From Octopus vulgaris (Eukaryota), in assembly GCA_951406725.2 (NCBI GenBank), contig OX597822.1:81716001-81780000 (forward strand): DNA of 64,000 bases. The letters run 5' to 3'. The notes beneath the pieces were generated by a model. It was not told where the DNA came from and ran no database searches. It saw nothing but the letters and a program-made list of their open reading frames with translations. Below are positions 37,430 through 52,801 of the stretch, piece by piece. The translations under genes and the position numbers were made by a program. Position 1 is the first letter of the stretch. Each line of letters starts with the position of its first letter.

Positions 37430-37900
37430 GCATCATCACCATCATAATCATCATTTAACATCTGCTTTTCATGCTGGCATGGGTTGGTCGATTTGGCTGA
37501 GGTTTGGCTGCACCAGGCTCCAATCTGATCTGGCAATGTTTCTACCACTGGATGCCCTTCCTTTCTTATGCCAACCACTCTGAGAGTGTAGCAGGTGTTT
37601 TTTTACATGCCTCCAACATGGGAGCCAGTCATGGGGGCACTGGTATCAACCACATTTGGATGTTGCTTTTGGATGTGTCACCGGCACAGGAGACAGTCAG
37701 GGGGCACTGGCATCAACCACGTTTGGATGGTGCTTTTTACGTGCCACCAGCACGGCAGCCAGTCAGGGGGCACTGGCAGCATCAACTACGTTCGGATGGT
37801 GCTTTTTACGTGCCACCAGCATGGCAGCCAGTCAAGGGGCACTGGCAGCATCAACCACGTTCGGACGGTGCTTTTTATGTGCCACCTGTACGGGAGGAAG
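37430..37900 (-). mobile_element. RTE 3' end with tandem UTR units
   Basis: (CAT)n tail and about four repeated ggtgctttttacgtgccaccagca units. Confidence 0.75.
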
Positions 37901-39456
37901 TCAGGGGGCCTCATGCAGTGGCACATAAAAAGCACCATTCAAACGCAGTTGATGCTAGTACGGATGATGTTGGCATCATATACACGTGTGTGTGATTGGC
38001 TCCTTTCAATCAAATCCACTCATGATTTGGTTGGCCCAGAGCTATTGTAGTAGACACTTTCTCAAGATGCTGAGCAGTCCAATCTCTGTTTTCTGATTTG
38101 AAATAATAGGGTGAAATTTGAAAGATATTTTTACTTTATTTCTATCAAGTCAAGTTGCCACGTAGATGCTCCTATCAAGCTGATATTTTGCAGTTTCTAC
38201 TGGTTATGCCTGTTCATCTTTGTACATATATATCTACATATGGGTGTGCGTATAGAACAAAAAAAATAACATTTCATCTGTTATATATTATTGTTATAAC
38301 TCTGTATTATTTCCTTTTGTTTTTATAGCCTTTTTTATTTTTCTAATGTATTTTATTTGTTGTTGTTTATTCTTTGTTTCTATGACTGCTTCACAAGCCA
38401 TGTGTATTTGTGAATGTATAAACAAAATAAGCTAAGACTCTTTCCAAACTGTTCCATGTGTTTATTATCAAAATAATAAATACAGAAACCTATACTAAAC
38501 TAACAAAAACAGCCATTGTGTGTATGCGCGCGCATGCACACACAGCTTTCAAATTTTAGCACAAGGCCAGCAATTTTGAGAGAGGGGGCATGTTAATTAC
38601 ATCAACCCCAGTGCTCAACTGGTACTTATTTTATCAACCCTGAGAGGATGAAAGACAAAGTTGACCTCAGTGGAATCCAAACTCAGAATGTAAAGATAAA
38701 TGAAATGCCACTAAGCATTTTGCCTAGCATGACAACGATCCTGCCAGCTTGTCTGCCTATGCATATGTATATATATATAGTCACAATGAAGATATTTAAG
38801 CCTCTTATAGGGATATTTATCCAAGATACATTGGTTTAATATATTAAATTTTGTAGAGATATTTCTTCAAAGAATATATTATATAAAATATCGTAAAATA
38901 ATGTTTGATATTTTATATATATTACTAACTACAAGTATGACTTGAGGTAGAAAAAGAAAAAAAAGGGAATATGTTCAGCTACATACACTGTCACATCCAC
39001 CTCGAATCAGATTGTCTATTTCTGCTATCAGGATATCTTGAGCTTTTCATCAATTTTTTTTCGCTCCTTCCTTGATTTGAGTTTTATTTATGACCCAGGT
39101 CCTGACTATTTCAATACAGAATTAAATATCGGTACTTCCATTCAGGTGCTTCATTGGGTTGGTTTGGCAATCCTGACAGTGCCCATCACCTCACCCAGGT
39201 TTTCGTTTTGTAACCATACTGGGCTCTTATACACCCTCCTCACTTGGCAAGCCTTATAGGAGGTCCAATTTAGTCAGTGGTTGCTCAAACCATTGCTAGG
39301 TGGTACTAGATTACACAGCTACCAGAAGCAGGTTTCCAGCAGCTGGTGATGGAATTGGTGCTGACTTGACAATATGCAGATTAGTGACAGTGTTAATACA
39401 ATTACACACACATACATGCATATATTTACATACACACACACACACACACACACACT

Positions 39457-39900
39457 GTGACTTCAAGTGCCTTGAATGCTTCCAGCAATCCAGGCTACGA
39501 CAGATCCTCAATATTCGATGGGAAGATCACATTACCAACAATGAGGTTCTTTGCTGTGCCTCACTACAAAGCATCAAAGCCACCATTTTTCACTATCGTC
39601 TCCACTGGCCAGGTCAAATCCAATGTATGGAGCCCTCTTGTCTCCCAAGGATCATGCTCTATGGAGAACTTGCAATTGGAACAGATTGCCATGGATAGGA
39701 CAGCCTGGAGGACTGCTATCCGCAATGGAGCCAGCTCCTTTGAGCAGAACAGACAACAGAATGAGGAGGTAAAATACAGGAGAAGAAAGGAGTGTCTTCA
39801 ACATCCTTGATCCACACCGACCATCCTGTGAAAATTCTGCCCACAACTCTTTCACCACCGACTTGGACTCCAAAGTCACATTCGGCACAAACATCTGCCA
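39457..39900 (+). pseudogene. RTE-clade LINE ORF C-terminal fragment (second RTE family)
   Basis: LECFQQSRLRQILNIRWEDHITNNEVL...RLHWPGQI..ME..CLPRIMLYGEL and AMDRTAWRTAIRNGASSFE, typical of the RTE region after the RT domain. Confidence 0.85.
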
Positions 39901-41989
39901 AGGACACTGGATGGAGACTGATGGATCCAATGCTCAGATACGAGCTGGGGCTGACGATATTTACACACACACACAAGCATGTATATACATACATGTTACT
40001 CATCATCATCATTTAATGTCCATTTGGATGGTTTGACAGGAGGTGGCAAGGCTGGAGAGCTACACCAAACTCCAACTGTCTGTTTTGGCATAGTTTTTAT
40101 GGGTGGATGCTCTTCCTAACACCAATTGCTTCACAGTGTATTGAGTGCTTTTTACATGGCACCAACATTTGTGCTTTATATGTGGCACTAGCACATGCAC
40201 TAGACTTGCTAGAAATGGCTGCCAAATCTCTCCCACTATTTTCTCAGAAAGAGGAGAACACATCAAACACTGTTGTTCTAAATATACAAGAAAGACAAGA
40301 TGATCTTAGATGGAATGTCTTTTAATCATATATAGGTCAGCAAATGCAGAGGTAAGTTGAAGTGAACAAGAATCCGGTTGCTTCAGTATATAAATGAACA
40401 TTTCCACACTTGATGTAAATAATATATAATAAAAGAATAAAAAAAACAAACGGTATTAATAGGATTAGTAATGGTGTATGCAACCAATTACCCATTTGTG
40501 CTTATGTTGCACACCTGTGGGACTTTGTTGCTGTTGGTTATTGTGTCTCAGATCAAATATGCTTAAGCAAACCCATGATCAAATGCATTCCACTGATGAC
40601 CAACCCATGTTATTAGGGGTATCTGAGACTACATTGTCAAATGTGTCTTTCTTTAGGACAGACAGTTGGATAAGGATTAGAGGAAAATTTGGTTTTGATG
40701 TCAAGCAGGTCGACTGACCATGTAAAAATTGCTTCACTATCTCATGACAATATTAATGAGGGTGGCCATAGTGAATACATGGATGATCATCATCATCGTC
40801 AGCCACTAGATATTACTTTCTTGAATCTTAGCACTTAGAGAACCAGTTACCTGGTTTCTGTGGAATATAAATGACTGTGATCATAGCATTCTCCCTGAAT
40901 AGGATGCCAGTCCATTGCAAGGTTACTCTTTTAGAGGTGAGTGGACTAGACCAATGTGAAATGAAGCATTTTTGCTCAAGAATACAACACATTGCCCAGT
41001 CTGGGAATTGAAACCATGACCCTGCGATTGTGAATGCAACACCCTTACCACTAAGTTATGTGCATTCACTGTGCAATAACCCATTTATCTTTATGTTGCA
41101 TATTTATGGTAAGTCAGCCTGACAGAGTCCTCTCTCTCTAAGTTGTTGTTATTCAGAAACTGATTGAGGAGACTTGTTATCAACCACCCCCAGCAGTGAT
41201 TGTTCCATCATTTGTTATATCAGAGTCTGTGTTTGGACCAATGATTTTATGCAAAGTCTGTTGCACCATTCATTTGTTCTTCTAAGTCATTCAGCCATGG
41301 CGAGACACTCATAACACTTAGAATAAATAATAACACTGGCAGTGGCAGCTCGTACATAAGATTAGTGGGGGTGCTGCTTCAGAAAATTTTTAGCCATTGT
41401 TTTAATATTGTGTAAAAGGAAACAAACATATAAAAAGAGAATTTATACATAAATTTGATTAGTTCGCATTTTAGCCACTGCCAGGTAGTGTGTTTAATTT
41501 GTTCACTCAACACTGCCACGAATTTCCCCTTGTTTTTCAATAATTTCCCCTGAATCTCAAAATAAGGGGTGAACATCTGCCCTATTTTTCAGATCCTGGC
41601 AGCAACACTGAGGCTGGAAGCAGGATAATAATCTAATTCTACGCTTTATCACATTCAAGAATATAAACATGTTCTTAGGCACAACACATGCAAAGTCAAA
41701 AAGAAACACTACCTTTCACCTGGCACTGTTGTTCACACAGTGCTCTCTCTCCCTAGTGTGGCACACAACAGCCAAACACTGCATCATTGGAACTGTGAAG
41801 CGCACAGTTCTATAAAAGGATTTTTGTATTTTTTTTTTCATAAATTAGGGGATGGCTACTGACATTAAGCTTAAGGATTATATAATGTACAAGTATAAAG
41901 AAAGAATTAAATTGAATGTTATCAATAATATCAAGTGGAAAAAGTTCTGCAAATGCCTATAAACAAGCAACCTCTGAACCTTGGTGAAT

Positions 41990-42063
41990 CCAAGCCATTT
42001 GTCTTTTTGTTGCACATGTAGATTAAAGTCGCCATGATAGTGTCTACTCTCCTCAAGTGACAT
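41990..42063 (-). pseudogene. Possible LINE APE endonuclease remnant
   Basis: Single motif GDFNLHV, preceded by I-M in a shifted frame. Confidence 0.25.
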
Positions 42064-43099
42064 ATCCTGGTGAGGAGTAAAATTGAGCCATTTTAAAACT
42101 ACAAGCTAACATTACACACCAATTTTACAATGGTTGTTAAGCAATATCTTAATACAATGTCTTAATAATACTATCCACAACTTGTGAGAGTTAACCATCT
42201 GAAAGTCAATAGCTTTTATGAAAGACAACACAATAGTGAAGCCAGGTCACAACTTGTAAACCTGTATAGGAATGCTGCTCAAATATTTGGGACAGTCCAG
42301 TTACTAACCATATGGGTATTTTAGATGGTTCATAAAGAAAAACTGAAAGGATCATCTATCTGACTGATGACCCATTTTTAGAAAGCAATACACTGCATTA
42401 GCTCACTGTCACATTTGGAACATTTGTGCTAGATATGGCCAGTTTAAATGCCATAGGCTTAAAACTATATTGGATATAGTGTTGGATCATAAAGCGGCTC
42501 AAATCAAGGCTGACCTTGTGCTGAATGACAACTTCATACAGACACCTATCCACTTCTCTTTGTCCCTTGCATGTCATCTAATCTCACCAAAACATTTACT
42601 TAATTGAATCCTTTCTTCTGCAAACTACAGCATCTAGATTCCAGAACCAGTCTCCTGTCCATCTTTCATCAACAAGAATTACTTGCATGAAACCTTACAC
42701 TTAGAGGATGTCAGATCCAATTTATCAAGCAACCATTTTGGAGTTTGAAACAAAAAAGAAATTCACGAACCCTCAATATGATACTGTAGATCCCTAGTTT
42801 ACTATTTTGCTTGTGTGGGCCCCCTAAAATCATATATGCCCCCCTACACCACCCTAGCTCCAAGTTCACATGGACTGTGGTTGAGAACCACTGAGTTAGA
42901 GGCTATGATACCTCATTGACTCATTTCTGTTGTTCTTAACTGTTTGCTAAAAGCAGGATCATACCTGAAAGAATATCTACCAATTGTTCGTGAAATCCCT
43001 TTTTCTATATGTCCATTCAAGTCTTCAACCCCTTTCTACCAGATCGGGCATCATGGAGGAATACCATCTGATCTTGTGATTCCATTCTCATCAGTTGAC

Positions 43100-43243
43100 C
43101 ACTAGCGTAGCTGGGAGCGGGGGAGAGTAGGCACGGTCCACCCCAGGTGACACTTTTCATCCTGTTGTAGGCTATTGCTGCAGGCAATATGTGGGGTCCA
43201 GTGGGGCTGCCCCTGCGCAGCACACACTCCAGCTATTCTAGTG
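43100..43243. mobile_element. hAT-like MITE
   Basis: TIR cactagcgtagctggg / tccagctattctagtg; 8-bp flanks cagttgac / cactagac (6/8). Confidence 0.55.
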
Positions 43244-43477
43244 CACTAGACCCATACTTCATTCAAATATTGTTTAGAATGAACCTGAAGAATATGCCAC
43301 ACACACACACACTCATATTTGTAGACAATTAACCAGACTGATAATAGGTTTCATATATAAGGCCACACTTTACAATATTGTTTAAATGTTCTTATTTATG
43401 AGACGCATTATACATCATTTGTAATCAATGAGGGTGATAGCTTTTCGTTTTTGACAGAAGACAAAACATCTCGCTTT

Positions 43478-43530
<53 letters not shown>

Positions 43531-45325
43531 TCTGTCTATCTAATTGTCTATGTTTTTGTCAATAGCAAAGTCTTGTGGTTCCTTCCTGATGAATACATCT
43601 ACACATAATATTTCATTGTCGGATTTTAAAATGGAAAACGATAAAATGGGTGAGAGGTTTCTAAGAGTCATAGTTGACATGGTGAAATAGTCCCTCCCCC
43701 CTACACACTCATAAAAAAAAAGTTATCATTGACAAGGCCTACCACAAAAGCATGAGTAACAACAATAACAGTAACAATCTCACCGACAACAATTACAACA
43801 ATAATGTATGCAGTGCTAAAGTAAGCAGAAGTTATTAATAGACAGTCCATGCCATTGTCTACTATGAACTGTACTCTAGTAGTAGCTATATGTAGAATTT
43901 ATAACTGTTGTCATACACACACATACACAACTGTTGTCAAACATACATTTATACACACACACACACAACTGTTGTCATACATGCATTTACACACACAAAC
44001 ACACAACTGCTGTCATACATACATTTACACACACACACACAGTTAAATTAACTCTGTTTATATATGTACTGCATAGGCCACATACGTATATGCACATGTG
44101 TGTATGTGTGTATAGAAATATATATATGTATATGCACACACACATGTATATAAACACGACCTTCTCATCAATAGAATATACTCTGGTAGTTACAAGATTA
44201 ACAGTATGTCTGTGATATATATATATATATACTTATGTAAAGTATATACGTGTGTATGTCTGCTTATGTATGTTAAAGTCCAGTTGTTTAAAATTAGGCA
44301 CCACTTATCTGCAAAGCACAATACTGCAAGTTTTCTATTTCTGAAAATCCCCTTTTTTTAACCTTTCGCTCTTTGGGACTTTGGGACTGCTCAAGATGGA
44401 AGATTTTTGGTGATTGAACAAGACCTGCACAAATAAAAATACCAAGCTGGTAGCAGCAATAATAGTAGATACTAGTCGAAATATTAGTCAGGGTTGGTAA
44501 TGGTCAGGGTGTTGAGTGTATTAGTAGCTGTAGTAGCAATGACTGCAGCAATAGTGGTACTATTTGGATCTAAGTTTGGTTTAGTAACCAAGCTAAAGTC
44601 ACACAAATAAATTCAACGTATAGCAGCAGCAGCAGTAGTAATAGTAGTTTAGGTGGTTGTCATAATGGTAATGCTGTTAGTTCTAGTACTAATATTAGTA
44701 GAAGCAGTTGTCGTCATTGTGGTGCTAGTGGCTGTGGTACGTGTTATGGTTCTGATGAAGATTGTTGTTTAGTCTCAGGTCAGCTCTGATCAACCAAAGG
44801 CATTCCAGTCCTGACTGTTCTATCTTTTCTTTGGACTAATGTATCTTGGACTACATCATCCAATGTGTTCTTCCTTTTTATTCTTTTTAATTTTTAGACA
44901 ATAGCAAGATTTCTTAGGAATGTTTGGCAACTTCGTAACCGGTTGAGTGACTGAGAGAATGTTCACTCACATGCTTATACCAGTCGTGATGATTGATGAT
45001 GCCGGTTGCTGACTGATGATGCCGGTTGCAGTGGTGTTGATGTGTGCATAATATAAAATGATATTTTCTAAACCCTAATTTATGACAGGTTTATATGTGA
45101 GTTGTGTGTGTATATATATGTATATATATATATATATATATATTAAATATTAGAAGAAAACCACCTTTTATCAATTCAAAATGAATAATTGAATTACACC
45201 ATCTAGAAAATTACATATAATAGAAAAGTTAAAATTAAAATAACAATTAAAAAGTAAAGATTAAGTAAATTGAATTGTTTTTCCTTGTAAGTTTGGATTT
45301 TATTCCCTCAAATAATAATAATTAT

Positions 45326-45361
<36 letters not shown>

Positions 45362-45588
45362 TGATATGTATACATCTGTATATGTAAGTATCTATACATT
45401 CATATACATGTATGTATGAAGATGGTGCTCCAGCATGGTCCATTATCACAATAGAAGCATAAAGCTATAAAATTCCACATATTAAAGCCTAATTTATATG
45501 CTTGAATGTCTATATATGTATACACACTCACACATAAATATATAACCACACATGTGTATATGAATTACACACACATGCCCCCAAATAT

Positions 45589-45648
<60 letters not shown>

Positions 45649-45873
45649 GTGTGTGTGTTTTGTGTAATATATATATATGTGTGTGTGTGTGTGTATGTTA
45701 TATTCATTAATTGAAGCCTGTTTCAAGGAGCATGTAGTTCAGTTGCTGCTTTTGTTTGTTTCTCCAAACTGAAGAGTTAGCTATTTAAGCAGAACTCATG
45801 TGTCAAAAGACACACTAGCAAGTGTTGTTAGCACCAGGCATCGTCCTACCATTCCCATAGACCCTGTTGGATT

Positions 45874-45914
<41 letters not shown>

Positions 45915-46422
45915 GCGCTCTCTCTCTTGTGCTCTCGCTCTGTTCTGTATTATGAAATCTAAAGACTGTTACTACTGTTTTTGTGTTGGTTACTGCAGTT
46001 CTTTTTCTCTGTAGAAAGTTCCATCTAAATCTTTGTGCATTTTTGGATCAGTTCTTATACTGAAAAGTTACCGAATCTTGGAACAGGATGAAAGAAAAGT
46101 TTGAGTGACTAAACTTTTTTTTTTTACACACACTCACTCATTCACACACACACACAGACACATCCATACACACAAAGACACACCTTGTTGTTAACTTTTA
46201 TTATAGTTCCTTCTGCAAGCACCACCAGTGGTAGTTATATTAGTAGTATTAGTATTGGAGAGATTACCATTATTACTAACACTGTTGTTCTTGTTATTGT
46301 TATGGTTCTAATTCCATTCCTTCCTTAAAGATATCACATTATTGCATGCAAAGAAGAGGCGGAAGAAAACCCAAGTTTATGCATGCGTATAATATTATAT
46401 ACATAACTTCATATATATATTA

Positions 46423-46456
<34 letters not shown>

Positions 46457-48923
46457 ATATAATGTCATGCGTCAGCATATGTTTCTGTGTATGATTATGT
46501 GTAAATAATTGAATAGAATTCTTGTGGCATTTTAGTCTCCGGTGAATTTTGTATAATCTCATAAAGTTTCACTAAAGTAAGAACTAGTTTACTTCTATCT
46601 TCTCTCTTACATTGATTTCTTCTCTCTTTCTTTCTTTCTTTTCTTATTTCATCTTTCTCACACACACACACCTCTTGTGATTGTTTCTGTATATACATAT
46701 TCATTTATTTTCTATTTCAACTGCCTTAGCAATTGTTGTGGCTTCTCTTTTTTTTTTTTGTTTTTTGTTTTGGCTTTTATTTTTGCCTATTTAAACTAGA
46801 ATTCCAACTCTTCCCGCCACTTTACTGGAAAAAAAATATGAAAAGCTAGCAACATGTCAAATAACTAAAAGATTCAGGATCTCATATTTCTCTGTCCATT
46901 ATAATCCGTTTTGTGTAGTGTGCATGTGTATCTATACATACATATATATATATGTGTGTGTGTGTGTGAACATATGGTAAGTGGAATTCTAAATACTAAA
47001 CTAAATTCTTTAAAACAAATTTAATAAACTGTGGCAGACGTAAAAAATTAATAAAATGATACAAAGTTTGAAGGAAAGAACGGATAAGAATTAAGAGGAG
47101 TAAAGGGAGTACAAATATGAAATTAAATATAGATTCACATAAATATGCCTACATATAGTCTGTACAACTATACCGATTAAGATAGTGGTTTTTCTGAGTT
47201 TCCTCCAAAATTAATCTTATTTGTTAACGTAAACTAAAAATGCTTGAAAACAAATGTATATACATATGTATATAGTTGTATAGTTAGATATATAATGTTT
47301 AGCCATATGCATCCATCTGTACTTAAATTTTGTTAAAAGTTGTAAATGTTTATATTGACAAAGCAGGGAAAAAGTGCTCAACTCGTGTGATAGAGTTTAC
47401 TCATATATCCACAGCTGGCTAAATTTTCTCTCTGTTACTATGCTACTCTAAGTTCCCTTTGTGCCATTTTACACATACACACACACATTTATATATTTAT
47501 ATATGATTTTAGTAACTTTAATGCAGTAAGTGCCAACCTCTAAATCAGATGTCTTTAAGTTTCACTGCTTTATTATTTTTTTTATATTGATTGCCAATAG
47601 TATCATAGTTATCATCACACTCATTATTGCCATTATTTCTGTGTACTTCTCCCTTGTTTTGCCTTGGGTTGGATAGGTTTACTACACCACCTTTTCTCTG
47701 TGGGTCTTGAGTCTGTTTATACATAAGGAAACCAAATAAAACAAATTCCTTTATAGTAGAACTCTTCTTTTCAGCTTTCTCTTTCTATACTCTTCCTGCA
47801 GCTTTATCTTTGTAATAATACCAGTAATTCCTTGGTGTTTCTTCACTGGCTTCTTCAGTTTTCCACACACCCTGCTCATTTCTTTGGATACTCACCTTCT
47901 ACATAAATCAAGTAAAGCTGTTGTTAAGATTATTATTATTGTTGTTGTTGTTGTTGTTGTATAAACCAAATGTCATCATCGTAGACGTTAAAGTAATTCT
48001 TTGACGTTATTCCGTGACTGACAGTGAAGAACAACCCTCTTCAGCCTCCTCTTTCTTTAGCATTTATCATTAATAATAATAATAATGATGATAATAATAA
48101 TTGTTAACTCTTGTAAATTTTATTGTAATTCATTTTTAACTTTGCCTTGTTTTTGTTGTAACTAGTTCTGTTGCAGTCATTGCTAAGGTTACTCTTTATA
48201 AATACTCATAATAAATTCCATACCATCAGATAAAAGAAGCTACCACTTACATTTGCAATCTGCCACACCCACCCACACACACACACACACACTCACACAC
48301 ACTCACACACACACTCACACACACACACACACACACACGTATATATTTTCTTTTAAAACAGACAGAATTTCTCTTGTATACCTTTTAATTTCATCACCCT
48401 TCCTCGCAGTTCTTTTCAAGAAGTTATAAACGTCACAACTATCAACACTGCCACCCACTTTCTGTCTGTCTGTCTGTCTGTCCGTGGGTGGGTGGGTGTG
48501 TATGTATTTCTTTAAATGCCATAGAAGAAAAATCTTTACCAATCAAATTAGCATGGAGCATCTTTAGGCATTGCTTGTTTATTGCTGTACATATTTCCTT
48601 TCATCATCATCATCATCGTTATTGTTGTTGTTGTTGTTAATAAGTGTATTATTTTATGAACTATCAATCACATTTTTCATAGTATAGATTTACGATATTT
48701 TCATCCAATAAATCAGTTTGATTGTCATCAGGTGCTTAATTCCTGGCTGTTTATTAAGGTGTTTGACTGGATTTGAACCAGGTACTTTCGTTTCTCAACT
48801 GAAGTTTGCAACTTTTTTTATCCACTGGGCTACAGATACAATTACAGCTGTTGTGGTGGTTGCTATTGTTGTTCTCATTACTTTTAACAATTTCTACTAA
48901 TTTCTGAATTTGTTTCATCACAG

Positions 48924-48926
48924 GAT
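48924..48926 (+). other. Candidate 3-nt microexon (GAT)
   Basis: tactaat branch-point-like motif, tttctgaatttgtttcatcaCAG, GAT, GTAAGT. Confidence 0.3.
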
Positions 48927-48933
48927 GTAAGTA

Positions 48934-48947
48934 GTTGCCATGGAAAC
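48934..48947. promoter_or_regulatory. RFX X-box-like motif
   Basis: GTTGCCATGGAAAC, 13/14 match to the palindrome GTTGCCATGGCAAC. Confidence 0.4.
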
Positions 48948-51900
48948 AGAAACACTAATCTCCTGCTTCATCCTTTAACAAAAATGCTGTGATAATGATA
49001 ACGATGATGATGATGATGGCTATTTTTTTTTAACTTATAAACAAGTTTTCTTTGTAAGTTATAATCTGATTTTGAAGCAACCCTGAACACATTACTGGTA
49101 TAAAGTTTATTGGCTTTGGTGTTAGTGATGATAGGGAAAATATAATAATTACCCTAAAGCCAATTCTAATTAAGTCTATTGACTACTACTACTACTACTA
49201 CTACTTTTGTTGCCCATGGTAAGTTAGGAGATATAAAGGGGAAGTGCATAATACTTTGTTACTACTACTAATAATAACAGTAATAATATTTGATAATAAC
49301 AGCAGTAATAATAATAATAATAATAACAACAACCATAGCAGTAATAATAACAACAACAAACAGCCATAATAATAATAACAACAACAACAAAAAATACAGC
49401 CATAGTAATAATAATAATAATAATAATTTGTGGAAATTTTTGTTGCTTCATGATGTACATGTTTATTCATTTAGATGTAAATTTTTGCAGTCCTCTAACT
49501 AACGTACCATTCATTCACTCAAATTATCATTATCACAAGGAGAAATAGCATTTATCAGAATTTAAATAACCTTGAGGTTGAATGCATTTATTTGTTGTTT
49601 GAAATGAAACTGTCTAATCTAACATTCATTCGTTATTTCAAACGAGGTTTATGTTACAATATGTAGATTAAGGTCTGTTACTCTACTTAGTTCCAAACTG
49701 AAATTTTAGTCACGACTCAGGTTTCATTCTTTGCACTCATTTAGTTTTCCTTGAATGAAATATAAATATCTTTATAATACTGCTTAATCTTTAATCCTTT
49801 ACTTGTTTCTGTCATTGGATTGTGGCCATGCTGGTGCACTGCTCTGAAGGGTTTTAGTCAAACAAATCAGCCCCAGTATTTTTTTTTTTCATCATCTGAT
49901 ACTAATTTTATTAGTATCTCTTGCTGAAACACTAACTTACAAGGACAGGAACAAACTAACACCGGTTGTGAGGCAGTGGTGGGAACAAACAACATAAGCA
50001 CAAAGACAAATGCATCACCATCATCTTTTAACATTTGTTTTCTATGCTGGCATGGGTTGGATGACTTGACCAGAGCTGGCAAGGCCAAGGGCAGCACCAG
50101 GTTCCATTTTCTGTCTTGGCATGGTTTCTACAGCAAGATCCCCTACACACATATGACGAGCTTCTGCACAGTTTCCATCTACGCAATTCTCTCACAAAAC
50201 TATAGGTTGGCCTAGGGATATAGCAGAAGACATTTGTCCAAGATATGTCATGTAGTGGGACTGAACCCAAAACCACATGGTCGCAAAGTGATCTACTTGA
50301 CCACACAGCCATGCCTGCACCTTTACATATAATATATTTAGCCAGAAATTGTGAAAAAAAAAACATAGCATAAGTTCATTATATTAGAAATTCACTAACC
50401 TATCATTTTTAATGTGTCACATGCATCATTGCTTCTCTACATAAAATACATTGAGTTTTAAAACCTGAACTTGCTTGCCTTTCTTATGTGATCAGTTAGG
50501 TATCATTATTCATTGAACTGCTAATTTGAACAATTTTCTCTTTCTGTCTTTTTATAATAAGCCTCTTCCTCTACCTACACACACACGTATATGATTAGAT
50601 TTATTGTATTGGGAATAAGTTTGTTATCTATAATCTTGACATTTATATTAGGATTTTTGCATTAAAGAATACAAGAAATTTACTTATTTGGCACTTTTCT
50701 TTGATAATTTAATTTGTTTCCTGTAGCTTAAAATTCGAAAAACAAACAAATTAGATTTGTATATTTACATCATGGTAGAGTCATATTGGTTATTCAGAAG
50801 ACACATGTACTATTAGCCAGTTCCCTTTTGTTACTTTTCAGTAGTATTTACATAGCTATATATCAAACACTTTTATCGTATATTTAAGACCTGATCACGG
50901 ATACTCTGTCTCCTCTTTATTTATTAATCTATTTTCTATCTTATTGAGGCTGATCTGACAATTTTATTTTAGTTATTCTTTTCTTTTTAACTTTATTTTT
51001 TGTTCATATTCTACTTTTTAAAAAGCACTTTATTTCCCTCTCTCTCTTCTCCCACCTTTTCTAAGAGTTGATCACCTCTTATATTGATGTCTGCTGACCC
51101 TATCAAACTTGTTCCAAACTAACACTAACCTTTCAATCCATATTTGCTCTCTTGTTAACACACACACACACACACACACACACATAAAGAAAGAGAAAAA
51201 CCAACCTACAGTTTTTTGTTTCATCATCATCATCGTCATCATCCTCAGTGACAGTGATAATATCATTGTTAATATCTGTTTGTCTTTAGAAGTGGTTCCT
51301 TAAGTGGAATAAGTGTCTAGAAAAGAAACTGAAATATCTGTGTCAGAATATTTTTCTCTCAACCTCTCTCTCTCCCTCCCTCCCTCTCTTTCTCTCTTGT
51401 AAAGTCTAATGCATGCAATTTGTAGCAATAAAAGTTACTAAAGGAAAACTAAAATTTTGACCATTTTGCATTCACACACTCACACACACATATAAAATCC
51501 TTAGTTCTAGTTATTATCAATACATAGACGCACTCTCTGACACACTCACACACAGACATACACATTGAGAGCAAAATTTTATCTAAAAATAACAGCGAAA
51601 CAATAATTTCAAAAATTACAGCTGGAAAATAAATACTTAGTAAAAAAATGTATAATAGGAAACGCACACACACCACATGCATATACGTACATACAGAGAG
51701 AGAATATATTGGATATAAGTGTTAAATTCTAAAAGAATAAAATAGGAAAAAAAAAAATTGTGAATCTTTCTCTGTATTTCCTTGTCTGTCTGTTTGTCTC
51801 TCTAAAACAGATACACATAAATTATTATAAACAAAATACAAAAACCTCAAACAAACAAAATATTCAGTCTCTGTGTGAAAATTACAATCATTATTTTTGT

Positions 51901-51986
51901 TGTTCTTGTTGTATGTGTGGAAGTTTCATCGACTCTAGAGATTACAGTTTAAAGAGCAACAAAACGAAAGTCCAATTTACTGCCAT

Positions 51987-52017
<31 letters not shown>

Positions 52018-52657
52018 CAACAAATTTCAGACTGCATCTGGAAGTCCAAGAGCAACAACATTTCACTTCTAAAGGAAAAGAAAAAAGAAAAACAAGAAAT
52101 TGTGTTTTGGAAAAGCCCAATAACGGCCCCAACAACTGCAACATATGACTACAAAGCAAAACATCCAAGGAGACTTGTAATAAACATTTATGTGCTTTGT
52201 TGCGACATTTTCTGTTGGAATATCTTCAAAATCCTTGCTCCTTCCTACCATTCCTTATTCTCACATTCCCTCCCCCTGTCATTCTGCAATTTTTTGTGCC
52301 ATTCGGATTATGCCTTTTGGATTAAGAACTGTACGCTCAATTCGTGGAATAAACAGATGTAAGAGTCGTATGTTCTTTATAAACAGACGAGTTATTACAG
52401 CATTCAAAGAATTACCTGTAAGTAAATTATTAGAAAGCAAGAAAAAATTCCTTAATAATAATTATTATAATCATAATGATGATAATGATAATGTTGATAA
52501 TAATTACACCCTTTGCCCATCTCCAGTGAAAGTTTTCAGTAATTTCTGAGTCTTTTTTTTTATTAGTTTCTTTTTAGTTTTGTTGTTTTTCTTATTTATT
52601 TTCGTGTTTTATGTTTTGATTTGAGAGACCCTTCCACTCCCTTAACTGCTAGCACAA

Positions 52658-52801
52658 ATGAACCACTGCAAGTTCTGTAAGCACTGTCGTCGACTGAACA
52701 ATCGACGCAAACTGCGACACACAGTGATTCCGAAGCCGTTAAGGAAGCTATTGTACCCCTCGCAGAAGTCTTGCCGCTCTTACAATGAATCCGTGGCTAA
52801 G
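52658..52801 (+). CDS. Candidate first coding exon (48 codons), product unknown
   Basis: ATG-initiated MNHCKFCKHCRRLNNRRKLRHTVIPKPLRKLLYPSQKSCRSYNESVAK ending at AAG|GTATTT in phase 0; unique, CpG-retaining sequence in a TE-free zone. Confidence 0.35.
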
